Source of the DNA: an uncultured bacterium
GTDB lineage: Bacteria; GCA-001730085
Assembly: GCA_964565945.1 (NCBI GenBank)
Contig: CAZMGY010000018.1
Span: 30,001-62,000 of the forward strand
DNA: 32,000 nucleotides
Direction of reading: 5' to 3'
Shown here: piece after piece, positions 31,687 to 32,000 of the stretch
How positions within the stretch are numbered: position 1 is the stretch's first letter
Layout of the letters: each line of letters opens with the position of its first letter
Made by a program: the position numbers and the translations under genes
Notes under the pieces: generated by a model
The model's database searches: none
The model's input: the letters and a program-made list of their open reading frames with translations, nothing else
Told to the model about the DNA's origin: nothing

Positions 31687-31692
31687 AGCCCT

Positions 31693-31697
31693 CTCCT
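31693..31697 (-). promoter_or_regulatory. Shine-Dalgarno (AGGAG) of the giant gene
   Basis: Minus strand reads TTTAGGAGAGGGCTGTG: AGGAG, a 6-nt spacer, then the GTG start at 31686. Confidence 0.75.
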
Positions 31698-31751
31698 AAA
31701 CTTCGGGTAAGTTTGTTTCCCCAAACACAGCAAGCTCACTACGCCAGAACT

Positions 31752-31781
31752 TATATAACATTTGTAGCAAATATTTTGCAA
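31752..31781 (-). promoter_or_regulatory. Candidate sigma70-type promoter of the giant gene
   Basis: Minus strand has TTGCAA (31781-31776), an 18-nt spacer ending in TGt, then TATATA (31757-31752), i.e. an extended -10 arrangement about 65 nt upstream of the start. The region is so AT-rich that -10-like hexamers are frequent, so this is tentative. Confidence 0.3.
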
Positions 31782-31800
31782 ATCCATCTACAATGAAATA

Positions 31801-31864
31801 ATTCATAAATTAAAATAAAGATCATTTATAAATTAAATAAGTGTAATGATTTATTTATAAATTA
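31801..31864. repeat. Three direct copies of AT[TC]ATAAATTA upstream of the candidate -35
   Basis: attcataaatta at 31801-31812; atttataaatta at 31824-31835 and 31853-31864. The last two are identical, and their core ATTTATAAAT is a perfect palindrome. Start-to-start spacing is 23 and 29 bp. Confidence 0.6.
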
Positions 31865-32000
31865 GATTATAATTAAGATATTTGGATCGAAATAGCAAGG
31901 AGTGAAATGAAATTTTAATGATATTATTGTTTACAAAAAATTTAATTAACTTAAAAAACATAAGCTAAATTAGACCATTTGCTCGAAATTACGCTACGGC

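Noticed and set aside
112-31526. The 48 ORFs (61-137 aa) listed in the six-frame track as candidate genes
   Set aside because: All lie inside the giant CDS in other frames. The 16 minus-strand ORFs share one off-frame, and 23 of 32 plus-strand ORFs sit in the codon-aligned antisense frame. Their translations are low-complexity I/L/F/K-rich strings typical of shadow ORFs, and none has an evident RBS context that I could support.
31630-31641. Possible lipobox V-V-S-C (lipoprotein signal) at residues 16-19
   Set aside because: Only two hydrophobic residues separate the basic KKYVR region from the Cys, which is too short for a lipoprotein h-region. The longer hydrophobic core and the A-x-A site downstream fit SPase I better.
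1-31686. Rhs C-terminal core (PxxxxDPxGL-type autoproteolysis motif), a toxin domain and an adjacent immunity gene
   Set aside because: I found none in the 10,562 residues visible. If present they lie downstream of the window, so no toxin/immunity call can be made here.
1-31686. Catalytic signatures (HExxH metalloprotease, GxSxG lipase/esterase, Cys-His protease) within the inserts
   Set aside because: I noticed no HExxH. The only G-S-G-S string (ISGSGSEKL) is not in a convincing nucleophile-elbow context. The protein is virtually Cys-free.
31897-31968. AAGGAG followed by ATG-AAA-TTT-TAA overlapping (TAATG) a 16-codon ORF (MILLFTKNLINLKNIS) on the plus strand, divergent from the giant gene
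   Set aside because: The ORFs are 3 and 16 codons long in about 25% GC DNA, so they are easily produced by chance. No conservation or further signal can be assessed from this window.
1-32000. Alternative genetic code (reassigned stop codon) as the explanation for the lack of long ORFs in the track
   Set aside because: The giant minus-strand frame is open under the standard code and uses TGG for Trp, so no reassignment is needed. The ORF is missing from the track simply because it has no stop inside the window.
31989-32000. Possible 3' end of an upstream minus-strand gene (GCC GTA GCG TAA at the right edge)
   Set aside because: Only three codons are visible and all three frames hit stops within about 50 nt. 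No gene can be supported from this.
1-32000. tRNA/rRNA genes, IS elements with terminal inverted repeats, CRISPR arrays, long tandem DNA repeats
   Set aside because: I saw nothing resembling these. The internal repetition is at the protein-motif level, and the longest near-identical DNA repeat noticed is a 21-mer.

Overview
Almost the whole window is one gene. On the minus strand, the frame whose codons begin at coordinates divisible by 3 opens with GTG at 31686. An in-frame TAG lies at 31698-31696 and an AGGAG Shine-Dalgarno 6 nt upstream. The frame then runs 10,562 sense codons (standard code) to coordinate 1 without a stop, so the 3' end lies beyond the left edge. The supplied ORF track does not contain this ORF, presumably because it has no stop inside the window. 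All 48 ORFs the track lists are short shadow ORFs in other frames. Hand translation shows a giant YD/Rhs-repeat protein with a Sec-type signal peptide. At least ten arrays of Y-[DN]-x-x-G-[RQ] repeats are interrupted by non-YD inserts: two ~160-aa helical inserts built from a ~62-aa repeat, EF-hand/dockerin-like Ca loops, a LamG-like jelly roll, and a ~2,900-aa central region. The central region holds a ~1,450-aa helical core and four copies of a W-x-x-F-W...SEEQ...LLxGxS module. Several further short motif families recur across the protein. The only non-coding DNA is 31699-32000. It is very AT-rich, with a candidate sigma70-type promoter and three copies of AT[TC]ATAAATTA. I saw no tRNA, rRNA, IS element or CRISPR array. 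Translation signals are bacterial and the DNA is AT-rich (roughly 60% A+T by eye); the taxon cannot be assigned. All domain and motif calls come from manual translation and pattern recognition, not database searches. Sub-gene boundaries are approximate (about +/-30-60 nt).
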